DNA of 64,000 nucleotides from an uncultured Eubacteriales bacterium (GTDB lineage Bacteria > Bacillota > Clostridia > Oscillospirales > CAG-272). The translations under genes and the position numbers were made by a program. Below, one piece after another: positions 46,056-55,465 of the stretch; within the stretch, counting starts at the first letter, position 1; every line of letters starts with the position of its first letter. The DNA lies in contig URCP01000003.1 of the NCBI GenBank assembly GCA_900546315.1, positions 485 to 64,484 of the forward strand, given 5' to 3'. A model generated the notes under the pieces. The model was not told the DNA's origin. It saw only the letters and a list, made by a program, of their open reading frames with translations, and did not search any database.

Positions 46056-47510
46056 CTATCTGCCGCGCCACGTCGACGGGGCGAAAAGCATCAGCAGCGG
46101 GAATATCTCGAGCCTTCCCGCAAGCATATCGACAGACAGCAGTATCTTCGTGAACGGCGTCAGCGCCGAGAAGTTCCCCGCCGGTCCTACCTCCCCTAGC
46201 CCGGGTCCAACATTGTTGAGACAAGCCGACACAGCCGTGAACCCGGTGACAAGGTCGCACTCCTCGACCATCTCGACAAGAAAGAGCGACGCCGTGAAAA
46301 GCATGATATACACGATCATATAAGAGTTCGCGCCGCGCAGGACGTCCCTCTCGACCGGCTTTCCCTCGCTCCTGACCGCTACGACGGCGCGCGGGTGAAG
46401 CATATACTTGACCTCGCGGAGTCCCGATTTCACGAGCAGGATTATCCGCCCGACCTTGATGCCGCCGGTTGTCGATCCGACGCAGGCTCCGCAGAACATC
46501 AGCAGCGCGAGGATAACCTTCGACAGTGCCGGCCACGCGTTATAATCGCTCGTCGCGAAGCCGGTCGTCGACATGACCGACGTCACCTGGAAGAACGCGT
46601 ATCTCACCGATTCTCCGACCGTTCCGAATATCTCGTAGATGTCCGCCGCGATAAGCGCCGTCGACACGCCAGTGATTATCAGATACCACCGCAGCTCCTC
46701 GCTCCTCAGAGCCTCTCCCACGTGCCCGATCAGAATAAGATAATAGAGGTTGAAGTTCACTCCGAACAGGAACATGAATATGCCGATGACATAGTCGATA
46801 TAAGCGCTGTCATACGCCGCGATGCTCGCGTTCTTTATCGCGAAGCCGCCTGTGCCCGCCGTCGCGAAGGAATTCACTATGCTGTCGTACACTGGCATTC
46901 CTCCCGCGAGCAGAAGAATCATCTCGATCACGGTGAGCCCGATATATATTCCGTACATTATCCGAGCGGTGCGGCCGATCTTCGAGACGAGCTTTCCGAC
47001 CTTCGGTCCGGGGACCTCCGCGCGCATCACGTGCATCAGCTTGACAGAGCGGGTGTCCGCCTGCGGCAGTATCGCGAGCACGAACACAAGCACGCCCATA
47101 CCGCCGACAAAATGCGTGAAGCTGCGCCAGAAGAGCATTCCGCGCCCGAGCGACTCGATTTCGGTGAGTATGCTAGCTCCGGTCGTCGTAAAGCCTGACA
47201 CCGTTTCGAAAAAAGCGTCGACAAAGGACGGTATGCACCCGTCAATGACAAACGGCAGAGCGCCTATCAGCGACATGATGATCCACGACAGTCCGACCGT
47301 CACGAACCCCTCTTTCGCGAAAATATCGGGGTTCGACGGCTTCTTTATCGTGAGCAGCGTCCCGGCGGCGACAGACAGGACAATCGGGATCAGAAACGCC
47401 GCGAAGGCGCTCTCGCCGTATATCACCGACACGACGAGCGACGGGATCATAAGTATCCCCTCGACCCGCACGATCTGCCCGATTATATATGAGACCATTC
47501 TGTAGTTCAT
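46056..47510 (-). CDS. trkH: TrkH/KtrB-family potassium uptake membrane subunit
   Basis: 484 aa, polytopic, with repeated pore-loop-like TTGF/TAGTGGF/STTGF/STTGG segments. Start overlaps the trkA stop (ATGA). Confidence 0.9.
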   Translation of the reverse strand: MNYRMVSYIIGQIVRVEGILMIPSLVVSVIYGESAFAAFLIPIVLSVAAGTLLTIKKPSNPDIFAKEGFVTVGLSWIIMSLIGALPFVIDGCIPSFVDAFFETVSGFTTTGASILTEIESLGRGMLFWRSFTHFVGGMGVLVFVLAILPQADTRSVKLMHVMRAEVPGPKVGKLVSKIGRTARIMYGIYIGLTVIEMILLLAGGMPVYDSIVNSFATAGTGGFAIKNASIAAYDSAYIDYVIGIFMFLFGVNFNLYYLILIGHVGEALRSEELRWYLIITGVSTALIAADIYEIFGTVGESVRYAFFQVTSVMSTTGFATSDYNAWPALSKVILALLMFCGACVGSTTGGIKVGRIILLVKSGLREVKYMLHPRAVVAVRSEGKPVERDVLRGANSYMIVYIMLFTASLFLVEMVEECDLVTGFTAVSACLNNVGPGLGEVGPAGNFSALTPFTKILLSVDMLAGRLEIFPLLMLFAPSTWRGR

Positions 47511-48865
47511 TCTATTATATCCTCAAGATCCCTAAGAGCCTCGTCGCTCTTCGCGACGACAATGACGCTGTCGCCCGCCTCTATCGTGTCGCCGCCGTGC
47601 GGGTAGATTATCCTTCCGCCGCGGATTATGCAGGCGAGAAGAATGCTCTTCTTTATGTGCATATCCTTTATCGGCACCTTCAGGAACTCGAAGCTGTCCG
47701 CCGCTATGAACTCGAGAGCTTCCGCCTTGCCGTCGACTATCTTGTAGAGCGTCTGGACGCTGCTTCCGTCGGCGTTGCCGAGACCACGTATATAGCGCAG
47801 GATGTTGTTCGCCGTAATGTTCTTCGGGGAGACTATGCACTCGAGCCCTATCGACGAGAGCATCTTCATCATATCGAGGCGGTTTATCTTCGTTATGACC
47901 TTGTCAACCTTTCTCGTCCCGGCGAATAGAGAGATTATGATGTTCTCCTCGTCGATGCCGGTCAGGGAAACCATCGCGTCGACCGAGTCTATACCCTCCT
48001 CGACGAGCAGGTCGCTGTCCGTGCCGTCACCACCGATGACCATCGCTTTCGGAAGCAGCCCCGAGAGCTGCTCCGCCCTCGCCGGGTCGGACTCAATCAG
48101 CTTCACCTGTATTCCATATGAGCCGAGCATCTTCGAGAGGAAGAATGCGATCTTTCCGCCGCCGATGATCATTACGCTGCGTATCCGCTTCTCCTCGATG
48201 CCGAGCTTCTTGAAGAGCGCCGCGAGCTCTGTGTGCGGAGCCGTTATATGGATGATATCCCCGTCCTCCGGCGTAAAATCGCCGGACGGGATTATGACGC
48301 TGTCCCCGCGTCTGACCGCGCAGACAAGTATATTGACGCCGAGCACCGCCGAGAGCTCACTGAGCTTTCTCGAGCAGAGCGGGTGTCCCTTTCCGATCTT
48401 TATCTCGACGAGATCCACCCTTCCCTTGGCGAAGGTATCGACCTTGAGCGCCGCCGGGAACTGGATTATCCTCTGTATCTCCCGCGCCGCGTCGAACTCC
48501 GGATTCACCGCCATCGAGAGCCCGAACTCGGAACGCATGAAGGTCATCTGCTCCGAATACTCCGGATTCCTGACCCGCGCTATCGTGTGATGCGTGCCGA
48601 GCTTTCTCGCGACGAGACAGCACATTATGTTGAGCTCGTCCGACGCCGTGACCGCTATGACAAGATCGGCGTCCTTCGCGCCCGCCTCGATCAGGACCGC
48701 GTTGCTCGCTCCGTTTCCGGCGAGACCTATGACATCGTACTCGTTTACCGCGTCTTCAATCACTTGTGGGTCGGTGTCGATCACCGTGACGTCGTGCCCC
48801 TCGCGGGAGATGTACGCCGTCAGAAGCTCGCCGACCTTTCCGCAGCCGACAATGATTATATGCAT
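47507..48865 (-). CDS. trkA: Trk system potassium uptake protein TrkA (two RCK/NAD-binding domains)
   Basis: MHIIIVGCGKVG and a second IIGGGKIAFF Rossmann motif, each followed by an RCK_C-like segment. Confidence 0.9.
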   Translation of the reverse strand: MHIIIVGCGKVGELLTAYISREGHDVTVIDTDPQVIEDAVNEYDVIGLAGNGASNAVLIEAGAKDADLVIAVTASDELNIMCCLVARKLGTHHTIARVRNPEYSEQMTFMRSEFGLSMAVNPEFDAAREIQRIIQFPAALKVDTFAKGRVDLVEIKIGKGHPLCSRKLSELSAVLGVNILVCAVRRGDSVIIPSGDFTPEDGDIIHITAPHTELAALFKKLGIEEKRIRSVMIIGGGKIAFFLSKMLGSYGIQVKLIESDPARAEQLSGLLPKAMVIGGDGTDSDLLVEEGIDSVDAMVSLTGIDEENIIISLFAGTRKVDKVITKINRLDMMKMLSSIGLECIVSPKNITANNILRYIRGLGNADGSSVQTLYKIVDGKAEALEFIAADSFEFLKVPIKDMHIKKSILLACIIRGGRIIYPHGGDTIEAGDSVIVVAKSDEALRDLEDIIE

Positions 48866-49005
48866 TTCTCTGAAATTATCCTTTGCTTTTGTGATATTGA
48901 AACTCCGGGCATTCAGCCCATAATAATATTATAGTACATTTCTGTTCTTTTTTCAAGGGCTTTTGCGAACTCTTTCTGAATTTTCGGAGAAAACCCGAAA
49001 AGTGC

Positions 49006-49034
49006 TTGACAAGTACGGGATTTTATGGTATTAT
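49006..49034 (+). promoter_or_regulatory. SigmaA-type promoter for the GntR/ABC operon
   Basis: TTGACA (49006-49011), 17-nt spacer, TATTAT (49029-49034). Confidence 0.6.
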
Positions 49035-49050
49035 ATATCTGTACTAATAC

Positions 49051-49075
49051 GGATAGAACAGTCGTCGTTCTATCC
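49051..49075 (+). promoter_or_regulatory. Perfect 9-bp inverted repeat, candidate YtrA/GntR operator (or 5'-UTR hairpin)
   Basis: GGATAGAAC-AGTCGTC-GTTCTATCC lies between the -10 box and the SD. Confidence 0.45.
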
Positions 49076-49093
49076 GAACAGGAGGTGCGGTCC

Positions 49094-49126
49094 ATGAATA
49101 ACGAAATGTCACGGACGGGATCATGA
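49094..49126 (+). CDS. Candidate 10-codon leader ORF translationally coupled to the GntR gene
   Basis: AGGAGG (49080-49085) is 8 nt before the ATG at 49094. It encodes MNNEMSRTGS and its TGA overlaps the regulator ATG (ATGA at 49123-49126). The regulator ATG has no good SD of its own. Confidence 0.25.
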   Translation: MNNEMSRTGS

Positions 49127-49521
49127 GCGTCATAACGGTCGACACGCTGAGCCGCCGTCCGATCTACGAGCAGCTGATCGACAACGTAAAGAAGAGCGTC
49201 CTGTGCGGCACTCTCGCCCCGGGCGAGCAGATGCCGAGCGTCCGGGCGCTCGCAGTCGAGCTCGCGGTGAACCCGAACACGATACAGAAGGCGTACGCCG
49301 AGCTTGAGCGTCTCGGGATAATCTGCTCGATGCCCGGACGCGGCAGCTTCATCGCGGACAACGTGCGGGCGCTTGCCGAGACCAACCGCGGGGAGATAAC
49401 CGAACGGCTGCGGAAGGACGTGCGCGACGCCCTCGACGCCGGAATAAACGGGGACGAGATTATCACGGTCGTCAAAGAAGTCACGGACAGCGGAGAAAGG
49501 AGTCCACAATGCCGGAAATAA
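49123..49521 (+). CDS. GntR-family transcriptional regulator, YtrA subfamily
   Basis: PIYEQLIDNVKKSVLCGTLAPGEQMPSVRALAVELAVNPNTIQKAYAELERLGII is a typical short YtrA-type wHTH protein (~130 aa), followed by ABC genes. Confidence 0.85.
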   Translation: MSVITVDTLSRRPIYEQLIDNVKKSVLCGTLAPGEQMPSVRALAVELAVNPNTIQKAYAELERLGIICSMPGRGSFIADNVRALAETNRGEITERLRKDVRDALDAGINGDEIITVVKEVTDSGERSPQCRK

Positions 49522-50414
49522 AGATAAACAGCGTAACAATGAGCTACGCGAAGGAAAAATCCCTCGACAGCATAAACGCCGTGATCGGCGAGGGCTCGAT
49601 CTTCGGGCTCATCGGCTCGAACGGTTCGGGAAAGTCGACGCTCCTGAGAACCATGTGCGGGATCATAAAACCGGCGTCCGGCGAGGTCCTCGTCGGCGGC
49701 GAGCCGGTATTCGAGAACGAGAACGTCCGCCAGAAGATAGTATATCTCCCGGACGAACAGTATTTTCTCCCGCACTGCTCGATAAACGACATGAAGGACA
49801 CGCTGCGCGCCGTGCGCACATCCTTCTCTGACAAAACCTTCGCGAAAATGCGGGATATATTCAAGCTCGACTGCGACAAGAAGGTCGCGTCCTTCTCGAA
49901 GGGCATGAAAAAACAGGCGTCGGTCATGCTCGGGATCGCGTCGACCCCGTCCTGTCTTCTCTGCGACGAGACCTTCGACGGGCTCGACCCGGTCGTGAGA
50001 CAGCTCGTCAAGCGCATCCTCGCCGAGGAATCCGCCGAGCGCGGAATGACGACGGTCATCGCGTCGCACAACCTCAGGGAGATCGAGGATATCTGCGACA
50101 CAGTCGGGCTTCTCCACAAGGGACAGCTGCTGTTCGTCAAGGGGCTCGACGACATGAAGCTCGGGCTTCACAAGATACAGGCGGTGTTCTCCGGAGACTT
50201 CGACGTCGCGCGGCTCAGCCCGCTGAAGATAAGCGGATACGAACGCCGCGGGAGCCTCGTCTCGTTCATCGCGCACGGCGAAGCGGATGAGATAAACGCA
50301 TTCGTCGCGGCACTGTCCCCGGCGTTCTATGAGATGGTCCCGATGTCGCTCGAGGAGATTTTCATCACGGAAATGGAGGAAAAAGGCTATGAATTCGGCA
50401 AGCTCGTCTACTGA
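49509..50414 (+). CDS. ABC transporter ATP-binding protein (ABC-2 type)
   Basis: Walker A GSNGSGKST, signature FSKGMKKQ, Walker B LLCDETFDGLD. Confidence 0.9.
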   Translation: MPEIKINSVTMSYAKEKSLDSINAVIGEGSIFGLIGSNGSGKSTLLRTMCGIIKPASGEVLVGGEPVFENENVRQKIVYLPDEQYFLPHCSINDMKDTLRAVRTSFSDKTFAKMRDIFKLDCDKKVASFSKGMKKQASVMLGIASTPSCLLCDETFDGLDPVVRQLVKRILAEESAERGMTTVIASHNLREIEDICDTVGLLHKGQLLFVKGLDDMKLGLHKIQAVFSGDFDVARLSPLKISGYERRGSLVSFIAHGEADEINAFVAALSPAFYEMVPMSLEEIFITEMEEKGYEFGKLVY

Positions 50415-52434
50415 GACGAAAAAGGCGCGGTTCCTGCCGTTCTTCGGTCTGACGCTGAAGCAGAACTGGACGTCCGGGTTCCTTATCGCGATAATATATT
50501 TCTTCACGCTCGTCGTGCCGACGATGTTCACCGTCTCGAACGCCGTCAATCATTATCTGCCGGAGGAACGGCAAACGGTGCTTCTCGAGCAGTCGCAGGA
50601 GCTCATGGCGGGTCTGCGGTACTTCACCGTCCCGATCACCGCGATACTCGCCGTCGTCATGACCTGCGTCATGCTGAGATATCTCAAGGACAAGGTCGCG
50701 GTCGACTTCTACCACAGTCTCCCGATCGGCAGGAGAAGGCTCTATATCACGCGTATGCTCGCGGGATATCTGATGATCCTCATCCCGCTCATACTGATGC
50801 TCGTCGTCTCCGCCGTCATACTCGCCGCGAACGGCGCGCTGAACACGCAGATACTCTTCCTGATGCTGAAGCTCTTCATCGACTCCGTGCTCTACTCGCT
50901 CGTCTATTACGGACTCGGAGCGGTTGTAGGAATGATCAGCGGCGTCACAGGAGTACACCTCGTGCTGACCGGCGTCGCGGTGTTCCTGATACCGGCGATA
51001 TATTTTCTTGTCATATCCTTCATCGATCTCTCGAGCAGTAATATGTGGTCGGGATGGTATCTGAGCGATCAGGTATTCTCTCTTCTCTCGCCTCTTTTCA
51101 GGTTCTTCATCATTGACGAGACCGGCGTCGGTTATGCCGCGGCGCTCCTCGTGTCCGCCGCCGTGATGCTCGTCGGCGCGTACTTCATCTACAAGTACAG
51201 AAAGAGCGAGCGCGCGGGAGAGGCGATAGTCTTCGCTCCGCTCCGCGGCGTTATAAAGTACCTTGTCATCCTACCGATCACCCTCGGCGTCGGGCTGCTG
51301 TTCATGCTCATCACCTCGAGCCGGGCATGGATGGTCTTCGGCTTCATCTGCGGCGCGGCACTGAGTTTCCTGCTCGCGAACACGATAATCTACAGGAGCG
51401 CGAAAGCGATGCTTAAGGGGCTCGTCGGATTCATCGTGTACTCCGCCGCCGCGGCGCTCTGCATCGTGGCGATAATGCTGAACGCGTTCGGCTTCCTCGA
51501 CGCCATCCCGTCCGCGGACGCGCTGTCGTCGGTCGATATGTGCATCGAGAGCAGTACAGGACTTTTCAGGTACAGTGATCCGGAGAATATCTCCGCGATC
51601 CTCTCGATATACGACAAATTCGCCGCGGAGAAGCAGAACGGCTCATACACTGATGCAAACTTTGACAGTCCGGACAACTATATGACGGTCGAGTTCGTAT
51701 TCCATCCGAAATTCGGCATACCGCGCGCGAAATCGATCACGGTCTGTGGCAGACAGCTCATCGACGGCGAGCTGCGGACGATCCTTGACAGTGAGGAGTT
51801 CGGAGAACAGTATGTCGGTATGTTCGACACGCAGATCTCCGGATTCAACCTCCCGCTCTGCCCGGACGACGACAACAAACTGAACCACGACGAGCGAATA
51901 TCCATGATGAATGAGCTCGGCGAGGCGCTGAAGCTCGACTGCGCGGATGTGTCGTATGATCACTTCAACAGTGAGACAAATCTTGGCAGTATACGTCTCT
52001 ACCACGGCATTGCGAGATATTACAGCCCGCTCGAAAGCATACACATTCCGGTCTACCCATCGATGAAGAACACTGAAGCGGTGCTGAAGAAGTACGGAAT
52101 AATAAATGACAGCTTCGAAAAAACGCTGGCAGAATACAACTCCGGCTTCACCGAGGTCTCGGTGCTCGACACTGACACGCTCGACGTCGTGTCCTTCACC
52201 GATCCGGACGATATAAAGCAGATACTCTACAGCTTCTCGACCCTCGCGACGACCGAGTACTACTACTACACGAACCAGAGTCCGCTCGCTGTGGTGAGCC
52301 ACAGCTACACGGTGTCCTGCCGCGGCAGCTCAGTCGAGCAGGAAGTCACAGAAGACGCGGTCGACAAGGCATTTGTATACATCATCCTGAAAGACCGCAT
52401 CCCGGACGTCATCAAAAACAGCTTCGAAAAATAA
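50389..52434 (+). CDS. ABC-2-type permease-like membrane protein with large C-terminal non-membrane (soluble-looking) domain
   Basis: ATG 50389 is 8 nt after GGAGGA. The N-terminal ~380 aa has multiple TM helices. The C-terminal ~300 aa is hydrophilic with no motif I recognise. Confidence 0.55.
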   Translation: MNSASSSTETKKARFLPFFGLTLKQNWTSGFLIAIIYFFTLVVPTMFTVSNAVNHYLPEERQTVLLEQSQELMAGLRYFTVPITAILAVVMTCVMLRYLKDKVAVDFYHSLPIGRRRLYITRMLAGYLMILIPLILMLVVSAVILAANGALNTQILFLMLKLFIDSVLYSLVYYGLGAVVGMISGVTGVHLVLTGVAVFLIPAIYFLVISFIDLSSSNMWSGWYLSDQVFSLLSPLFRFFIIDETGVGYAAALLVSAAVMLVGAYFIYKYRKSERAGEAIVFAPLRGVIKYLVILPITLGVGLLFMLITSSRAWMVFGFICGAALSFLLANTIIYRSAKAMLKGLVGFIVYSAAAALCIVAIMLNAFGFLDAIPSADALSSVDMCIESSTGLFRYSDPENISAILSIYDKFAAEKQNGSYTDANFDSPDNYMTVEFVFHPKFGIPRAKSITVCGRQLIDGELRTILDSEEFGEQYVGMFDTQISGFNLPLCPDDDNKLNHDERISMMNELGEALKLDCADVSYDHFNSETNLGSIRLYHGIARYYSPLESIHIPVYPSMKNTEAVLKKYGIINDSFEKTLAEYNSGFTEVSVLDTDTLDVVSFTDPDDIKQILYSFSTLATTEYYYYTNQSPLAVVSHSYTVSCRGSSVEQEVTEDAVDKAFVYIILKDRIPDVIKNSFEK

Positions 52435-52484
52435 GCCCATAAATGCCGATGAGGACTGCCGTAAAAAGGCAGTCCTCATCGGTT

Positions 52485-53822
52485 TCAGTATCTGTACGGG
52501 CTGGGGCTTCTCGCCGGTTCGCCGTACTCCGGGTACTCATCATACCGGCTTTCAGGCGCCGGAGCGTCGTACTCTCTTTCCCGTTCTCTTTCGTGTTCCC
52601 GTTCGCGCGTGGTTTCACGGGACATTGTCCGCGTCGAATCCGTTTTCTCCGTTTCCGGCGCGCGGCAGACCTTTCTCAGCGTCGAAAACATCATCCACGG
52701 GTCCTGATCCGTCGTGCGATATTCCGACATTTCGCTTGCGAACTCCATCGCGAGGCGGTCCGCGTCATGGCTGATCTCCCTGAATATCTCAGGGACGTAC
52801 GCGAGTCCCGCGCCCGTCAGACCCTTGAAACGCACGGTTATCCCGAATCTGTCCCCACGCACATAGCTGTCCGTCTCCCATCCGAGCGACTTCGCCGTTT
52901 CCGCGCAGATCATGAGCTCAGGCGCGGCGGGGAAAATGCACTCGTTCATCAGCTCGGACGCGAGCGCCGTCAGCCCGGCTTTTCCATCCTCCGGTTTCTC
53001 AAGACACGAAAAATCCGACTCTACCGACATGACGCCGCCGATACCTCCGCCATCATTGTCCTTTATATCCATCCCGACAAACACGCGCCGTCCTCCCGAC
53101 AGCATCAGAGCCGAAAACATCAGCGTCATGATGAACCCCATCATGAACCTGTCCCCGCAGGTACAGAAATGCTCACCCCCGCGACCGGACAGGTTCTCAA
53201 CCCGGCATCCGGTTCCGGCAAGACCGGCGCGTACACTCTCGACAACAAATGTCAGCAGACTTTCCACCGGAACCGCCGCGGTCCGGGTCGCGGCGGACGC
53301 TTTCCCTGTCAGGTCCGGCTTCAGCATCACGGTCGTGAATTTCTTCCTGAGCCGTCTGATCAGCATCATGTTCAGCGCTCTGAGCCGCGGCGTATCTCCC
53401 GTTCTCGTCAGCGATTCACGGACGGTAGCGGTAATAAAATCACCGACGCGGTCACATATTGTTTTCATTATGCCGTCAGCGCCCGCACCGGCACGGATCG
53501 CGGAGCAGACGTCCGGCAGGAAGACCAGACACCGCGTATCATCGACACGCGCCCACACTGCCACGGCACAGATATTCTCACGATTGCCATGTACAAATCC
53601 GCGCGTCCAGTCGTCAGTTGAAATTATGCGCTCCGCGAACGATTCCGACAGGAACGGAAGAATATTGTAGCCGACCTTCACGCTCCACGCCGTCCCGCGC
53701 TTCACGTCCGACACCGAAAGCACCTTGAAATCCGTATCGCAGAGTATCCAGCCGTCCGCGAACTCCCCAAACGAGGACGCGGAAATCACCCTCCGTATCC
53801 TCTCGTCTTTTTCCGAACTCAT
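52485..53822 (-). CDS. Uncharacterised protein with degenerate GHKL/histidine-kinase-like ATPase region and Glu/Arg-rich disordered tail
   Basis: ATG 53822 (MSSEKDE) follows the family-2 SD block. The internal DIKDNDGGGIGG...GLTALASELMNE resembles HATPase_c G1/G2 boxes, but no H-box histidine motif was seen. The C-terminus is REREHEREREREYDAPAPESRYDEYPEYGEP. Confidence 0.7.
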   Translation of the reverse strand: MSSEKDERIRRVISASSFGEFADGWILCDTDFKVLSVSDVKRGTAWSVKVGYNILPFLSESFAERIISTDDWTRGFVHGNRENICAVAVWARVDDTRCLVFLPDVCSAIRAGAGADGIMKTICDRVGDFITATVRESLTRTGDTPRLRALNMMLIRRLRKKFTTVMLKPDLTGKASAATRTAAVPVESLLTFVVESVRAGLAGTGCRVENLSGRGGEHFCTCGDRFMMGFIMTLMFSALMLSGGRRVFVGMDIKDNDGGGIGGVMSVESDFSCLEKPEDGKAGLTALASELMNECIFPAAPELMICAETAKSLGWETDSYVRGDRFGITVRFKGLTGAGLAYVPEIFREISHDADRLAMEFASEMSEYRTTDQDPWMMFSTLRKVCRAPETEKTDSTRTMSRETTREREHEREREREYDAPAPESRYDEYPEYGEPARSPSPYRY

Positions 53823-53834
53823 GGTTATGTCTGC

Positions 53835-53880
53835 CCTTTCGTACTCCCTTACAGTTTTGTCTGAAAACTTGTTTTCAGAC
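53835..53880 (-). repeat. Intercistronic repeat family 2, minus-strand copy
   Basis: Minus-strand GTCTGAAAA-CAAG-TTTTCAGAC-AAAACTGTAAGGGAGTACGAAAGG. Shares the hairpin and the right-hand end (AAAACTGTAAG.. AGTACGAAAGG) of the full copy at 9066..9188. Confidence 0.6.
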
Positions 53881-53881
53881 T

Positions 53882-54337
53882 TCACTCTTCACGTTTAAGC
53901 CGCTCGAGCTCTTCGAGGAAGGAGTCCGGGTCCTCAAACCGTCTGTATACCGAGACAAAGCGTATATACGCCACCTTGTCCGTCTTTCTCAGTATCTTCA
54001 TGACCGTCTCACCGATCTCGGACGTCGAGACCTCGGTTCTGAAGTTGTTCGCGTAGTCAAGCTCTATGCCCTCGACTATCTTCTCCATCTGTCTGACCGA
54101 GACCGGGCGCTTGTGGCACGCCTTTATGAGTCCGTTCATGAGCTTGTTCCGGTCGAACGGCTCCATAGACATATCTTTCTTGCAGACCATCAGCGGAGTC
54201 GTCTCGATAGACTCATAGGTCGTATACCTGCAAAGGCAGGCGACACACTCACGTCGGCGGCGTATCGATCTGTCGTCGTCGACCGAACGTGTCTCCACCA
54301 CCCTGTTTTCAGCGCATCCGCACACAGGACATCTCAT
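53882..54337 (-). CDS. nrdR: Transcriptional repressor NrdR (zinc ribbon + ATP-cone)
   Basis: MRCPVCGCAENRVVETR...RRRRECVAC zinc ribbon, then an ATP-cone (VCKKDMSMEPFDRNKL...). Start taken at ATG 54337. Confidence 0.9.
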   Translation of the reverse strand: MRCPVCGCAENRVVETRSVDDDRSIRRRRECVACLCRYTTYESIETTPLMVCKKDMSMEPFDRNKLMNGLIKACHKRPVSVRQMEKIVEGIELDYANNFRTEVSTSEIGETVMKILRKTDKVAYIRFVSVYRRFEDPDSFLEELERLKREE

Positions 54338-54425
54338 TCTGAAGCATTCCTTTCTCAATTATCAGCTTATAAGCCGCGCGCCGCCGTCAGGTGGAACGCG
54401 GAAATCAGGTTCATCCGATATATAT

Positions 54426-54454
54426 ATTATACAATTTCTTATCGCAATTGTAAA
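54426..54454 (-). promoter_or_regulatory. SigmaA-type promoter for nrdR
   Basis: Minus-strand TTTACA (54454-54449), 17-nt spacer, TATAAT (54431-54426). Confidence 0.5.
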
Positions 54455-54572
54455 TAGTCATTTTTCAACATATGTCATGCCGCGTGTCATCCACCAATGT
54501 GCATTTATTACCAAATAAGTATCTGATGGCATACGCCGCCTGTGACCTGTGGCACATTTTTCGTTTTACGGA

Positions 54573-54601
54573 TTGACATACCGCGCGGGACGTGTTATAA
54601 T
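54573..54601 (+). promoter_or_regulatory. Perfect-consensus sigmaA promoter for the phosphodiesterase gene
   Basis: TTGACA (54573-54578), 17-nt spacer, TGT-TATAAT (54596-54601). Confidence 0.65.
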
Positions 54602-54654
54602 ATTCTCATAGCGGCAGACGCCGCAAAAATACTATATAAAGGTCAGGTACAAGT

Positions 54655-55389
54655 ATGGATCTCACCGGAAGAAAACTCGTATTCGCGCACCGCGGAGCCT
54701 CGGCGTACGCTCCCGAGAACACTCTCCCCGCGTTCGCCCTCGCGGCGGACATGAACGCGTTCGGGGTCGAGCTCGACGTTCACAGGACAAAGGACGGACA
54801 GATTGCCGTGATACACGACGAGCGCATCGACCGTGTCTCGGACGGCACCGGAAAAGTCTCAGAAATGACACTTGAGGAACTGAGACAATACAGCTTCCGC
54901 GCCGGTTTCGGCGACAGGTTCGGAAAGGTCGATATCCCGACCCTTGACGAGGTTTACGAGCTGCTCGGACCGCGCGGGCTTTATGTCAACGTGGAGATAA
55001 AGGACAGCGGGACCGATTTTGTGAAGCAGGTGAGGGATTGCGCGGAGAAGCACCGCATGACCGACAAGGTCATCTATTCCTCCTTCAATCACTGGAATCT
55101 CACGGATATGCTGTCGCTCGACAGGAACGCGCTCGTCGCGCCCCTCTACGGCGGCGAGATCGTCATGCCCGCGGACTACGCGCGCCTTTTCGGAGCGAGG
55201 GCTATCCACCCGCACTACGGGCAGATTCTCACGCACCCGGAGATTGTCTCGAGAGCGCACGAAATCGGCATCCGCGTCCACCCGTGGACAGTCGACGATC
55301 CCGCGGCGATAAAAGCGCTGCGCGACCTCGACATCGACGCCGTCATAACGAACACTCCCGACAAGGCGCTTGAGATAATGAACGCCTGA
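54655..55389 (+). CDS. Glycerophosphodiester phosphodiesterase (GlpQ/UgpQ family)
   Basis: FAHRGASAYAPENTLPAF...GVELDVHRTKDGQIAVIHDERIDRVSDG is the canonical GDPD domain. Confidence 0.9.
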   Translation: MDLTGRKLVFAHRGASAYAPENTLPAFALAADMNAFGVELDVHRTKDGQIAVIHDERIDRVSDGTGKVSEMTLEELRQYSFRAGFGDRFGKVDIPTLDEVYELLGPRGLYVNVEIKDSGTDFVKQVRDCAEKHRMTDKVIYSSFNHWNLTDMLSLDRNALVAPLYGGEIVMPADYARLFGARAIHPHYGQILTHPEIVSRAHEIGIRVHPWTVDDPAAIKALRDLDIDAVITNTPDKALEIMNA

Positions 55390-55465
55390 ATCCATGACCG
55401 GACGCCGCCGCTGGCGTCCGGTCTGTTTTCCGCATACAATGTCACCAGAAAGGACGGTGAACAGA

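Noticed and set aside
45925-46536. N-terminal extensions in the ORF track: the 754-aa form of the DUF4091 gene, the 277-aa WalR, the 384-aa UxuA, the 399-aa paralogue A, and the 727-aa GH16.
   Set aside because: Each extension runs through promoters, repeats or a neighbouring gene (trkH). The canonical family N-terminus with a well-spaced SD lies further downstream.
48981-49001. The hairpin TTTTCGG-AGAAAAC-CCGAAAA with adjacent CTGAAT, considered as a possible fourth family-1 repeat fragment.
   Set aside because: The similarity is limited to about 12 scattered nucleotides, which is too short to distinguish from chance.
54359-54654. NrdR-box-like palindromes in the nrdR/glpQ intergenic region.
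   Set aside because: There are only AT-rich runs (ATATATATATTATAC) and no convincing 16-bp NrdR-box dyad. No ribonucleotide reductase genes are in the window to anchor such a site.
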